NCBI RefSeq assembly: GCF_018350175.1
Contig: NC_058372.1
Span: 140,306,001-140,370,000, forward strand
Reading direction: 5' to 3'
Length of the DNA: 64,000 nucleotides
DNA from: Felis catus
Lineage: Eukaryota
Below, one piece after another: positions 48,924-60,660 of the stretch (its first letter is position 1; every line of letters starts with the position of its first letter). The notes beneath the pieces were generated by a model that saw only the letters and a program-made list of their open reading frames with translations, had not been told where the DNA came from and ran no database searches. The position numbers were made by a program, and so were the translations under genes.

Positions 48924-51429
48924 CTTGTATTTCATCAACTTCATTATGATACGGTTACACTTTATATACAAAAAGCATTTTAGCATGTGTGTGTGAATAC
49001 ATATGCAGTTATATTTAAAAATCCCATCATGAAGATGTAAATAATCTGGCCATTTCTCTAAATGAATTGGAAGAAACTTTCCTTGTATTAGTTTTATTTC
49101 TCTTCCCTAGATCAAAACATTAGCTTCTGCATCTTGGAAGCAGAATGTTGGAAACATCTTTGGTAACTGGTGAATGAATTAATAGGTGACGATTGGCTTG
49201 CCAACCAGAATGTCCAGTTTACCAAGATAGAGCTTACTGGGTGAGGCTATTAAATCTATCACAGTGACTTTCATAGCATTTATTTTCCCCCTGAAAGCTT
49301 CAACTTGTGCATTTTTTGAGTTACCTTGAAATATTCTAAATAAAATACGAGCGTACTGTCTTGAACAATACAATACCTGGCACAAAGGAGGCATCTGATA
49401 TATATCTGTTATCATTGCCTAACTCCTCCCTGCTTGATTATATAATCCCTGAGAGCAGGAAGTGCGTCTTATTAACAGTGCATCCCCATAGAGTCAACCA
49501 CTTTGCTCAATGTTCGTTGAATAAGTGTGTGCTCATGGGCATTTGAAATTGGGCAAGACAGACACATTCTTCAAATGGTATTTGTGTTGGTTCCACTACC
49601 TTAAGAATCGAGTTCATTGGTCTCTGTAGGTACCAGTCATTATTAAATCGAGCACTCTACTTGACTATTACAGGTACAAATCAAGTCCACGTGCACAAAT
49701 CCTAGCTTCCATCTGGCACTAGAGACCTAAATGTGAAATCCGGTGTATTGTCTAAGGAGAAGTCAGCCTCAAAATCAGGGAGTAGAGAGAGTGATCCGTA
49801 AATGTTGTTTCTTCATCTGCAACAGTGATAAGTCACAAATAAGAAAGTAAAGAGTATTATCACTGTTAACTGTTTCAGATCACCATCTGCAAAAAGAACA
49901 CAACAGAATGGAAATTGCTTTTATAAAGTATTCAATACGATTTAAACATCTCATGATATGCAATGGGGCTCTCCGAGATGTGCCAGATGCTATTAAATAC
50001 AGCATGCTCTATGGGAAAATCATGCAAAATACATTCAAGCAATTGAATTATATTGCAGGGCATAAAGGGCTGAATACATAAACGAGCCCCCGTTACCTTG
50101 GTCTTGGGGCATTTTTTCTTGTAGCTCTCAGATGTAGAACATGAAAAATAAGAACAAATATAACACCTGTATTTTTTGGTCAATGATACACTTTCAAAGC
50201 ATCCCGCAGTTATAACACAAAATATGCCCTAGTGTGTACCCATTTCACATTAGAAAGAATGAGATTTGTTATGCACATTTATAGTGTTTTTGCCTAAGAC
50301 AGTAACCTTTGGAATTGTTTACTGAAGGAGCCACGATGGGAAAGAAGTAGCTACAAATAATTATAGAGACCTATTCATTTATTAAATATTGATTAAATTT
50401 GGGAAAGTTCTTTTAATCCAAATGCAGCATTTAAAATTTGCAAAACTTTTCCTAGTTTTGCAGGCATTTCCCCCTTTTTTAATATTATCCTCTAAAAAAC
50501 AAAAGACTTTACCTATAAGATGCTTTAAGGTATGGATAGGTTAGGTAAGTGTTATTTACTAGACAAGTCATAAACACGAGGAAACCAAGGTTCCAGGGGA
50601 TTGAGTACTTTACCCAAGGACACCAAGGAAGGAAACCCCACACCAAGGACTCCATGTAAATCATTCCTCCACACTCATGCCCTTTCACACCCACCAAGGC
50701 CTCTTCAAGAGCTGCGTAGAGAGAAGGCAGGGGCTAGATGGGATCCCCCAGGTTCCCCAGGCTCTGAGGGAGCACTCTGTCTAGTGTATAGACTAGAGTA
50801 CTCTATACACTAGACTAGATCATTGAGAAAAGCAACCTTAGGGTTAAGAATGTAGAGAAGGAGACTCATGTGCTACAATGGTAAGGATGGGGAGGGAAAA
50901 TCCAAGCTACAGTGCCCCGGGCACAACTAGGTATGAGAACAGGAGCTGAACCAACGCGCCAAAGTCAGGGTTCAGCACATTGTCGAGAGGACTTATCATG
51001 AGGACCAACTTCCATGGTTCCCCCTCAACGGGGTCTGCTCTTCCAGCCTGGCATACAGCCAACTCCATCTCATGGGAAAACATTTTGTCTCAGCCTTCTA
51101 TCAATTACACAAAATCCGTTTGTTTCAAGAGGGTTTGGAAGCCAACTCACGGAGCTGTTGGCACCTTTTTGTGGAGGCAAATGGGAGATTATTTTCCAAA
51201 GTTGTAAACATTTATGTTTGAGACCTGGCCTGGCTAAGGCTCTTGCCCACAGACACAGAGTTGAGTAAAAGGGATGTTAAAATGGGAGCAACCCTTTGGT
51301 GACATATCAAACACAGAGAAATTGGCCAAAGAGCCCACTCAATGGCAACTATATATTTTATTCATACATCATCAATCTTGCTTTCTTGTGAGTGCTAAAC
51401 TGGCCTAGAGGCCACTAGAAGGAGAAGAA

Positions 51430-52640
51430 CACTGAGCATGAAGTTGATGATGTCAGCAGAGGCAGCAAGGTTGATGAGATGAATTTACAGGTGTGATTAC
51501 CTGCAGAAACATCAGTGACAATGACAAGTTTAGAACCAGGTGGGGCTGTTAACAAATGTAATGATGCCAGGTCGGTGAAACTGTTGGGGGAGGAAATACA
51601 CAGTCTTGATGGGACATGGGTGTCAAAGCTGCACTGTCGAGGTCATAGTGTGAGGCTAGAGAGAAAAAAAAAGGTACAGATGCTCACCATACACTAAGAG
51701 TGAGAGTCAAAGCCTAGGAGGAGAGGAGATAGCCTGGAAAACATCACAGTGAGTACAAAAGGTTATCAAAATGGTCCAGAACTTGGACTTAAGAGTCAGA
51801 ATGCCTGGCTTTTTTTTTTAACCTCTCCACGCCTTAGTATCCTCATCTGTAAAAAGGGGAATAATGGTAGTCACCAAGGGTTGTGGTCGTTATTAACTAT
51901 GCTAACATATGGAAAGCACCTAGAGGGGTGTCTGGTGGATATTTAGGGCTCAAGGAAAATATATTAGTAATAATAATCATGGCAATACTAGTAACATCAT
52001 CATCATCATCATCATCATAAACAGATGTGCTCATTTGGGGAAGAAGAGAAAAGAAGAAAAGAAGAAAGAAAACAAAAAGGGGAGAACCTATAAAATGAGT
52101 TGTCATGGAAACAAAGAGCAGAGAGGGTTTAAAACTGGAAAGGCTAATTAACAACATCCAATGCTAAAACAAGGTCTGGGGAAAGTATACCTGAGAAAAG
52201 ATCGTAGATACGGAAAGTCAAGTTCATTCATGGCCTTCAAGAAAGAAATACCAATAGACGATTGGAGGCAAAGCCAATGTTTAAGGGTTAGAGTGATGAA
52301 GCACAGGATAAGGAACAGGAAGAGTTGGCCAGTCCTTCAAGAATTCTGGAGGCAGAAAGAAGGGGGATTTAGAAGAGTTACTCAAGGAGATGGCAGAGTA
52401 CAGGGAAGATTTACGATTGGGAAATCTAAATATATATAAAGACAAAGAACAGGCCCTGGCAAGAGAGAGGTTGAGGAAAGGGGTTAAAAGGGCAGAAAAC
52501 TGATGGTGCCAGCTGGGCTAGGAGGTAGAAGGGAATTCAACCCACAGCTTGGGTACAGGAGGGTGTAAGAGCGAACGGCAGTTTCTTCCCTTGACACAGG
52601 AAAGGACAGGAGAAAATACAGACAAGTGCTGGAGAGGAAA
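51430..52640 (-). mobile_element. Fragmented L2 with nested MIR (~51775-51965) and (ATC)n
   Basis: GAGTTGTCATGGAAACAAAGAG...CATCCAATGCT; MIR core CCTTAGTATCCTCATCTGTAAAAAGGGGAATAAT. Confidence 0.55.
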
Positions 52641-52677
52641 GATGTTGAGGGAGCCGAATGTAAATGGAAACACTCTT

Positions 52678-52904
52678 GGAGTGCCTCAGTGGCTCAATCA
52701 GTTAAGCATCTGACTCTTGGTTTCGGCTCAGGTCATGATCTCACAATTCATAAGTCTGAGCCCCACGTGGGGCTCTGGGCTGACAGCTCAGAGCCTGCTT
52801 AGGATTCTCTCTCTCTCTATTTCTCTCTCTCTCTCTCTCTCTGCCCCTCCCCTGCTTGCATGCATGCTCTCTCTCAAAATACATAAATAAACTTAAAAAA
52901 TAAA
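52678..52904 (+). mobile_element. Can-SINE
   Basis: TSD TAAATGG(A/G)AACACTCTT at 52661-52677 / 52905-52921. Confidence 0.95.
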
Positions 52905-53248
52905 TAAATGGGAACACTCTTCACATTAAAGTTGAATCAAGGCCATTTTCCATGGAAGCTTGAGGGGCATTGGGTTGAGAGTTTGAGAAAAAGAATTCAG
53001 CTAGGGAAAAAGAACACTCCCACTTTCTGTATGATGTAGCAAAAGAACTCTTAGGAGACTCAATCAACACATTTTGGTGACACTCTTCAGCAACTCTGGG
53101 TTGCATACAGGAAGGAGAGGGAAAGTGAGGTATGGCTGAAAGTGCAGGATAGGTCAGATAGTGGAACTATGGGGCCAGAAGAGACTTCAGGGTTCAGAAG
53201 AGCAGAGACAGTACAGGACTGAAGGCTATGTTACAAATAAAATACACA

Positions 53249-53459
53249 GTGGCTCCTGGGTGACTCGGTCAGTTAAGTGTCCAACTTCAGCTCAGGTCCT
53301 GATCTCATGGTTCACGAGTTCTAGCCCCACATCGGGCTCTGTGCTGACAGCTCCAAGCCTGGAGCAGATTCTATGTTCCCCTCTCTCTCTGCCCCTCCTC
53401 CACTCACACCCTGTCTTTCTCTCAAAAATAAATAAACATGAAAAAAAATTTTTTTCAAG
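53249..53459 (+). mobile_element. Can-SINE
   Basis: TSD AATAAAATA(C/T)ACA at 53236-53248 / 53460-53472. Confidence 0.93.
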
Positions 53460-53754
53460 AATAAAATATACAAAAGCAGTATTTGGAGAATAAATGATGA
53501 GCAGGGTATTTCTGGCTGGGAAGAGAGGTGAGGGCAGAACTGCAGAAACTGATACCCTAGAAGTCAAACTACCCATCTTCTGGCTGGGGGGAATAAGCAA
53601 GAGAATAGTGGATGCCAAAGAGCTCTCAGGGGTATTCTCTTTCTTCCAAGGAAAACTCACTCACTCTTTCACTATGTATGATTTTTTTCTTTACTATGTG
53701 CAGTGCTAGAATTCTAACCTAGTTCTGTAGAATTTCAAAGCCCAAACTTTTTAC

Positions 53755-53970
53755 CTTTTGTTTTTTTTAATTTATTTATTTTGAGAGAGACAGAGACAGA
53801 GAGAGTGCACAGGAGGGGCAGAGAGAGAGGAAGAGAGAGAACCCCAAGCAAGCTCCATGCTGTCGGGCACAGAGCCCGACGTGGGGTTTGATCTCACGAA
53901 TTGTGAGATCATGACCTGAGCTAAAATCAAGAGTCTTGACGCTTAACTGACTGAGCCACCCGGGCACCCC
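53755..53970 (-). mobile_element. Can-SINE
   Basis: Antisense head ...CTGAGCCACCCGGGCACCCC, (GA)n, T tail. Confidence 0.95.
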
Positions 53971-54108
53971 TAACTTGCCTNNNNNNNNNNNNNNNNNNNN
54001 NNNNNNNNNNNNNNNNNNNNNNNNNNNNNNNNNNNNNNNNNNNNNNNNNNNNNNNNNNNNNNNNNNNNNNNNNNNNNNNNNNNNNNNNNNNNNNNNNNNN
54101 NNNNNNNN

Positions 54109-54458
54109 CTTCCTTAGAAAAGTATCTATTTAGACTTTCTGCCCATTTTTAATTAGATTATTTTTGTTGTTATTATTGAGTTATATGCATTCTTTATATA
54201 TTTTCAATATTAACCCTTCGTCAGACATAGTGACTTGCAAATACTTTCTCCCATTCAGTAAGTTGCCTTTTTGTTTGGTTGATGGATTCTTTTGCTGTGC
54301 AAAAGCTTTATAGTTTGATGTGGCCCCACTTGTTTATTTTTGCTTTTGTTGCGGTTAATTTTGGTGACAGATTCAAAAAGTCATCCCCAGGACCTATGTC
54401 AGGGAGCTTATTGCCTATGTTTCCTCCTCAATGTTTTATGGGTTCAGGTGTTACATAT
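54109..54458 (-). mobile_element. LINE-1 ORF2 3' fragment (L1MA or carnivore L1-like)
   Basis: TTTGCTGTGCAAAAGCTTTATAGTTTGATGTGGCCCCACTTGTTTATTTTTGCTTTTGTTGC. Confidence 0.9.
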
Positions 54459-54899
54459 GATTTTTTTTTCCCTCAGATTTCACTCCAGGAACTAAAATTT
54501 AAAAATATAAAGGGTCAGGTCATAAAAGGCAATTCCTACATTTTTGTCATTTGTTTCTGTATTATTATCATTATCGTTGCTGTTGCTATCCCTTTATTGT
54601 CATTTGAAAGGCAACTTTTGGAGAGAAGAAAGAGGCATGCACAAGTTCAGAGTCTGTCTTAAATTGGAGCCACACATTTTGATTTTCAGCTCATTTGTGC
54701 TGCCTGGTTTACTCTCAACAACAAAAACCGACTCTTGTCCAGGACTTTCTGAACTAACAGAGACCAAAAACTCTTTTTCTGAGCTTATCAAACTTGTGTA
54801 CGTCTAGGACTTTGAAAATATTTGTGCTCTTCCTATGCTGGTCTACTTAGAAAATTCTAGCTTATTCCTCAAGTCCCAATTTAAGAATTACTTGTTCTG

Positions 54900-55070
54900 A
54901 GGGTACCTAGGTGGCTCCGTTGGTTGAGCATCCAACTTTGGTTCAGGTCATGATCTCACAGTTCATGAGTTCAAGCCCCACATCAGGCTCACTGCTGTCA
55001 GCGAAGAGCTCACTTCAGATCTTCTGTCTCCCTGCTTGCACTGTCTCAAAAATCAATATTAAAAAAAAAA
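54900..55070 (+). mobile_element. Can-SINE with short CT tract
   Basis: TSD AAG(A/G)ATTACTTGTTCTG at 54883-54899 / 55071-55087. Confidence 0.93.
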
Positions 55071-56213
55071 AAGGATTACTTGTTCTGTGAAGCTCCCACT
55101 GATTCTCCCAGATAGCATGTACCACAGAGACGGTGATTCAGTATTCACAAGATGTGTGCCTTTGTACACATGTTGGTAAACCGTGGTAAACCTCGTTCTC
55201 TCCCTGCATACCATCTACCATTGAAGTCAGGCCAATAAAACTTATTTCCCATGGCAAGAATGAGCATATGTCAACGAGGATGTCCTTTCCAGGGATAAGA
55301 AGAAATGGAAATCCTGACCTTTCCAGCCTAGCAAAGGATAGAAAGAAAAAGAAAAACTGGAGGAAGACAAGGTACAATTGGTAAAATATACAGATTGTGG
55401 CTTCTCACCTGTGGTTTGAAGGCTTAGGTTGAGAAAAAAAAATAAAAGAGATGGGCCTTGTGCCCCAGTTTCTATTTGGAATAAAAATGAAAGAGGAAAT
55501 GCTTGGCAGGCTAGCCCGCTAGCGATGTGGGGTATCTGCACTGAGTAAAAATGGTACACGCCGTGGTAAAGGAAAGAGAACCTGACTGGTTACCTCCATG
55601 GTTCCCTCTACCTCTCTAGGCAGAAGAAGCTCCCACCTGCCCCATCAGGAAATGGAAGGTAGCTGCTGATGGTGCTTCTTAGCAAGGTGAGGAGATGGGG
55701 GGGTGGGAGGGGGCGGGTGGTAATGTGGGAAAGTTGGGGGAAAAGTCACTACATTGCCAAGGCCCGGGGGAAACTCCGGGGAGCACTGAGGAGGAGCCCT
55801 GTCATTGAGGGAAGAGCACCGGGCCAAAGTAACATCTGTCCCAGAGAGAAGATAGTACATGAAGAGGCCAGGTGACATAAAGGACCACAGAGGGACCAGC
55901 ACAGAAGCCTATGAGCCATTTCTCTTCCCCACCACCAGCAACCATGTGCTCATGCCGTTTTAGAATGGGTGGCAATGGGGGGAAGAAAGCAAAAAGGTTA
56001 AACATATAACTGAAAAGGAATTAAATTACTCGTAAGAGATTATTTATGCTAGAAGGAAGTGAGACAATTTACCTAACTGGTAGTAATTCGTATTTAGTTT
56101 ACTATTTAATTTAGTAACTAAATTAACTAGCTAGACGGAGATAACTGGCCCGTTAGAGTCTAAAACACATAGAGACACACAGACACAAACACAGATCGAG
56201 TGGGATGGGGACT

Positions 56214-56258
56214 TCATTAGTCATGGTTCTCTAGAGAAACAGAACCAATAAGATAGAT

Positions 56259-56304
<46 letters not shown>

Positions 56305-56665
56305 TGATAGATATATTATAGACAGACAGAAGATAGGTAGATAAGTAGATACATAGGTAGGTAGGTAGGTAGGTAGGTAGGTGGGTAGATACAAGAGATT
56401 CATTATAGGAACTGGCTCACACAATGATGGAGGGCAAGATGTCTCAGAACCTGCCACCCGCGAGCTGGACAACCAGGAAAGCCGGTGAAGTTATTCAGTC
56501 CCAGACCAAAAGGCTGAGAACCAAGGACCAACATAAGTCCTGTTCTGAGTCCAAAAGCCTGAGAACCAGGAGCCCTGATGTCCAAGGGCAGGAGAAAATG
56601 ATGATCTCAGCTCAAGTGGAAAGAGAGCAAACCCTTCCTCTGAATTTTTTTAAGTTTATTCATTT

Positions 56666-56722
<57 letters not shown>

Positions 56723-57032
56723 ACGAACAAGTGGGGGAGGGGCAGAGAGGAAGAAAGAGAATTCCAAGCAGGCTCCCCGCTGACAGCATAGACCTTAACC
56801 TACTGAGCCACCCAGCTGCCCTTCCTTTCCTCTGCATTTTGATCTATTCTGNNNNNNNNNNNNNNNNNNNNNNNNNNNNNNNNNNNNNNNNNNNNNNNNN
56901 NNNNNNNNNNNNNNNNNNNNNNNNNNNNNNNNNNNNNNNNNNNNNNNNNNNNNNNNNNNNNNNNNNNNNNNNNNNNNNNTGGGCATCCATCCCATAGCCC
57001 AGTCAAGCTGACACGTAAAGTTAACCATCACG
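56214..57032 (-). mobile_element. ERVL solo LTR, MLT2 (C/D-like), with expanded (GATA)n/(TAGG)n at 56252-56390
   Basis: ATTAGTCATGGTTCTCTAGAGAAACAGAACCAATA...CCCAGTCAAGCTGACACGTAAAGTTAACCATCAC. Confidence 0.9.
56648..56821 (-). mobile_element. Can-SINE with internal deletion (B box missing), nested in MLT2
   Basis: Long (GA)n; body jumps from GACAGCATAGA to CTTAACCTACTGAGCCACCCAG. TSD-like TTCCTCTG(A/C)ATTTT on both sides. Confidence 0.88.
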
Positions 57033-58399
57033 GTGACTTACAGAGAAGACACTGATAGAACACAGAGAAGCTAAGTTTACCCTCCTGAAATATTTGTAAA
57101 TTTGTGGTCCTGCTATGCGAGGCTCACACCGTATGGTAATTATGTATCAATATATCTATTCCCTCGCATTAAATTGAGGTTTTGAGAGTTAAGACTGGAT
57201 TTTCAACTTCCAATTCTAACACAATATTGGGCATACAATAGGCCCCTAATAAACATTTGTAAAATGAAGGGATAGAAAAATCAAGGTGGGGGAGACGGCG
57301 TGCGAATGACCACTGAGCATTCTTGACACACTTAACAGCAACGTAGATTCAAGAAGGCGCCCCAGAAATCTACCTCTCACTCTTGGTTTCTGATGAGCCT
57401 TCTTTCTAACTTTTCTTAGTCTCTGTTCTCCTTTATCAATTCTTCCTTTCTTGTTCCACCAAAGCTTTCAGGAGAAAAAAATTAGGAAAGCTGGCCTGTA
57501 GAGCTCTATAAAAATATTTTTGAGCAACGCCTCTCCATCTCTGTATGTTCTGATGTTACGGTCCATAGCAGGAGAGTCTGAAATTCAATCAGCTAGCAAG
57601 TTAAAAATCAGTATCTCTATTTCAATCAATATATAAATATATATATAGAGAGAGATGTATAGATACACAAATGTACAGGCGGAAAACACATATAGGGCAG
57701 GTACAAATGAATCTACCTCCAACCCAATAAGCTATTTCACCAAATTTTCTATCCAGCCTTGCTCCGTAAGAGGAAACAGTAAGAAACACTGCTGAATGGT
57801 CTTTAAAATTAAATTCTTCTTTGCAACTTCGATGGAAGTGCCAAAGTGGATTTTGACCAAACTCTGCTAAAAGAAATCTTATAAAATATGGCAAGGCTCT
57901 CTGTAGGAATTGCAACTGGAATTGAAAGGAAGGAAGGAATGACCCACATGAATCGGTCTCTGTTGCCCTTATCCCCCCGCGTTTCAGAGCTGGAAATCTA
58001 ATACCTACAATTCCAGAATCTCTGTCTGCAGGACTCCCAGCCAGATTCTACCCAGGAGGAGCACTCATGCATGCTTTGGGAAGCACCAGAGAAACCGTCA
58101 TCACGGTAGTGCTCCTCTGACAGGCGGGACGTGGTGAGTGAGGGCTTTGGCAAGACAGGGATTTTTTTCTCTCTTTTTAAACTTTCTGTGCTGGAGGCAG
58201 CTGCCTCTGATGGTTCCTGGAGACGCCTACAACCTCCCGTCTCTCTAAAAGCTAAGTATTCCCTGTATTCAATCTCTTCCTTCTTGAACACCCTAGAGTC
58301 ATTTCTTTGTATTTGACCATCAGGATGATAGGAGAACAGCAGTACACAGCATTATACTATGGAACAGAGAACACACTTTCGGGAATGCCACAGGATCAC

Positions 58400-59880
58400 C
58401 TCTTGTGAACCCCGCCCCTCCCTCTCTCATCCAGCGCATCGGCAAGTCCTTCCGCCTCACTTTACCAGTTAGCTCGCCTATCTTCTTCCCAACTCCATGG
58501 TGATCACTCCTGGGAGGGGGGCTCTCTCAGTGCCAGGCTCTCCAGTGGCGGGGGAAGTTCCTAGTCCCCACCCAGTCCCCATCATCAAGCACAATGGCAA
58601 GGTTCCCCTTCATCTTCTCTGCGGCTCTCATAGTCAAAAGCCTTCTGTGGCTATTTCCTCTGACTTCAGAACTAAATCCTCTTGCTGCCCAGTGTCTCCA
58701 AAGCCTGGCCGTACCCTCCCACCTATGCAGCACTGGCCGAGATTCATCATCTCCAGTTGGACTGGTTTCCCACCCTATGACCAACACACCATGTGCATTC
58801 ACCCCTCAGCTTCTTTCTTCATGCTTCCCCCTCCTCCCAAAGGCCCTCACCACACTGTCCACACCCACCACATCTGTCTGAGAGAGTTGAGTATCAGCTC
58901 CCGCATTATGCCTCTCTACCCACACAACATTCATGAATACCTTGCCCTTCTGATCTGAAAGGTTTCAGCACCGAGGAGACGACCCGCAAAGTTCAGCCCA
59001 CATTATTATCGCCCAGTCTTGGGAGCCAAAATGCATGGCTATTGCCTTAAACTGTTACATCTTGGGATGGTTTATCTGCAAACACTAACGAATAAACACT
59101 GTTCCCAGTCGTGTCCTCTCCGTAGGACATCCTCTCCAGAGGACAGCAGGCCGTCTTTTTATTTTTTTTTTTAATTTTTTTTTCAACGTTTATTTATTTT
59201 TGGGACAGAGAGAGACAGAGCATGAACGGGGGAGGGGCAGAGAGAGAGAGGGAGACACAGAATCGGAAACAGGCTCCAGGCTCCGAGCCATCATCAGCCC
59301 AGAGCCCGACGCGGGGCTCGAACTCCCGGACCGCGAGATCGTGACCTGGCTGAAGTCGGACGCTTAACCGACTGCGCCGCCCAGGCGCCCCGCAGGCCGT
59401 CTTTTTAAACTGAAAACCAAATAAATCGCACCTTTCCCCTCCCCGGCTTCCTCTCCGCCTACATCCCCAGCCCCGACACTCCATTTGGTCACGCCAGCCC
59501 TTTGCCATTCCTTAAACCACCCTGCTTGTTCCCACCTCAAGACATTTGATGTTCTCTCCATCTGGAAAACTCTTCTCTTAGAAACATACATGACGTCCTC
59601 TCTTCCTGCATGTAGAGTCCTTACTCCAATGTCACCACCTCCCAGAAGCCTTCTTGGAGAGCTGTCCCTAAAGTACCGTCTCCCTCAGTCTCCGCCCTCT
59701 CAGCCTGCTTGTGTGATGCCTGTGTGACACACGCATTTGTTCACTGGTTTATTTCCCATCACGCTAAAAGAGAAACCTTCTGAGAACAGGGACTTCTGTG
59801 CCACACTGACCACTGCCTCTGTAGGGCTGGAAACCATGCCAAACACACAGCAGTGGCTTAGGAAGGAGATGAGGACTGAA
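58400..59880 (+). mobile_element. Fragmented L2, interrupted by a SINE and other relics
   Basis: TCAAAAGCCTTCTGTGGCT...CAGAACTAAATCC; AAACCTTCTGAGAACAGGGACTTCTGT...CACACAGCAGTGGCT. Confidence 0.6.
59161..59391 (-). mobile_element. Young cat Can-SINE (SINEC_Fc)
   Basis: CpG-rich, near consensus. Perfect TSD GCAGGCCGTCTTTTT at 59146-59160 / 59392-59406. Confidence 0.97.
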
Positions 59881-60457
59881 AACAGTAATGATTTGATTAC
59901 CACCCCTCAGGGATGATTGGGATCCACCACGTTTTGTGGGTTAGAACTCCAGCGAGGCCTGTGTGACTAGAAACATTTTCTGTACCTCAAAGCATGTTGC
60001 CAATAATGAGTGAATGAAATCAAATTTAAAAGCCGTTTTTCTTTTATATGGCATTATAGTCATTTTGATGTGACACCGACATAGTTCTTCTTATGTTGTT
60101 TCCTTTTTATAACACAATTTGCATAATTTAGGGACAACTCTGTAAGATTTGCACAATTGAAGGCAATGCCAGAAAATGTGTTTCAAGAGTCTTAGGATTT
60201 GCAATCCTCACCGGCGCTGTATAACGTCGACATCTCATACGGTAAAGGCGTGAGATGCAACGTGGACACCATATGCATTCCACTCTGGAAAGAAGAATGG
60301 GAGCAAAGGTTTAAATGTCCTGACACAGACTGATGTAAACCAGCAGCGGTCCCTTTGCTGCTGGCAACAAAGGCTGGCTGCACACGTTCAGCAATACTCA
60401 GGAAACTAACAGAACTAAAAGGGAGCCCAGCCTTTTTCCAGGCACACCCCACACAAT

Positions 60458-60660
60458 GGGGTGCCTGGGTGGCTTGGTCAGTCAGGCTTCCAACTTCGGT
60501 TCAGGTCACGATCTCACAGTTTGTGAGTTCGAGCCCCACGTCGGGCTCTGTGCTGACAGCTGGGAGCCTGGAGCCTGCTGTGGATTCTGTGTCTCCCTCT
60601 CTCTCTCTGCCCCTCCCCCGCTCACACTCTGGTCAGAAATAAACATTAGAAGAAAATTTA
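60458..60660 (+). mobile_element. Can-SINE
   Basis: GGGGTGCCTGGGTGGCT head, GAGTTCGAGCCCC B box. Confidence 0.93.

Larger units (their letters stand above)
13497..56979. other. Eight N-blocks: 13497-13624, 14026-14154, 14614-14770, 16851-17018, 19930-20218, 43908-44087, 53981-54108, 56852-56979
   Basis: Counted directly; lengths 128, 129, 157, 168, 289, 180, 128, 128. Confidence 0.97.

Noticed and set aside
56102-56130. AT-rich hairpin TTAATTTAGT-A-ACTAAATTAA; also the palindromic tandem at 20539-20558
   Set aside because: Short and AT-rich or slippage-derived; not clearly above background.
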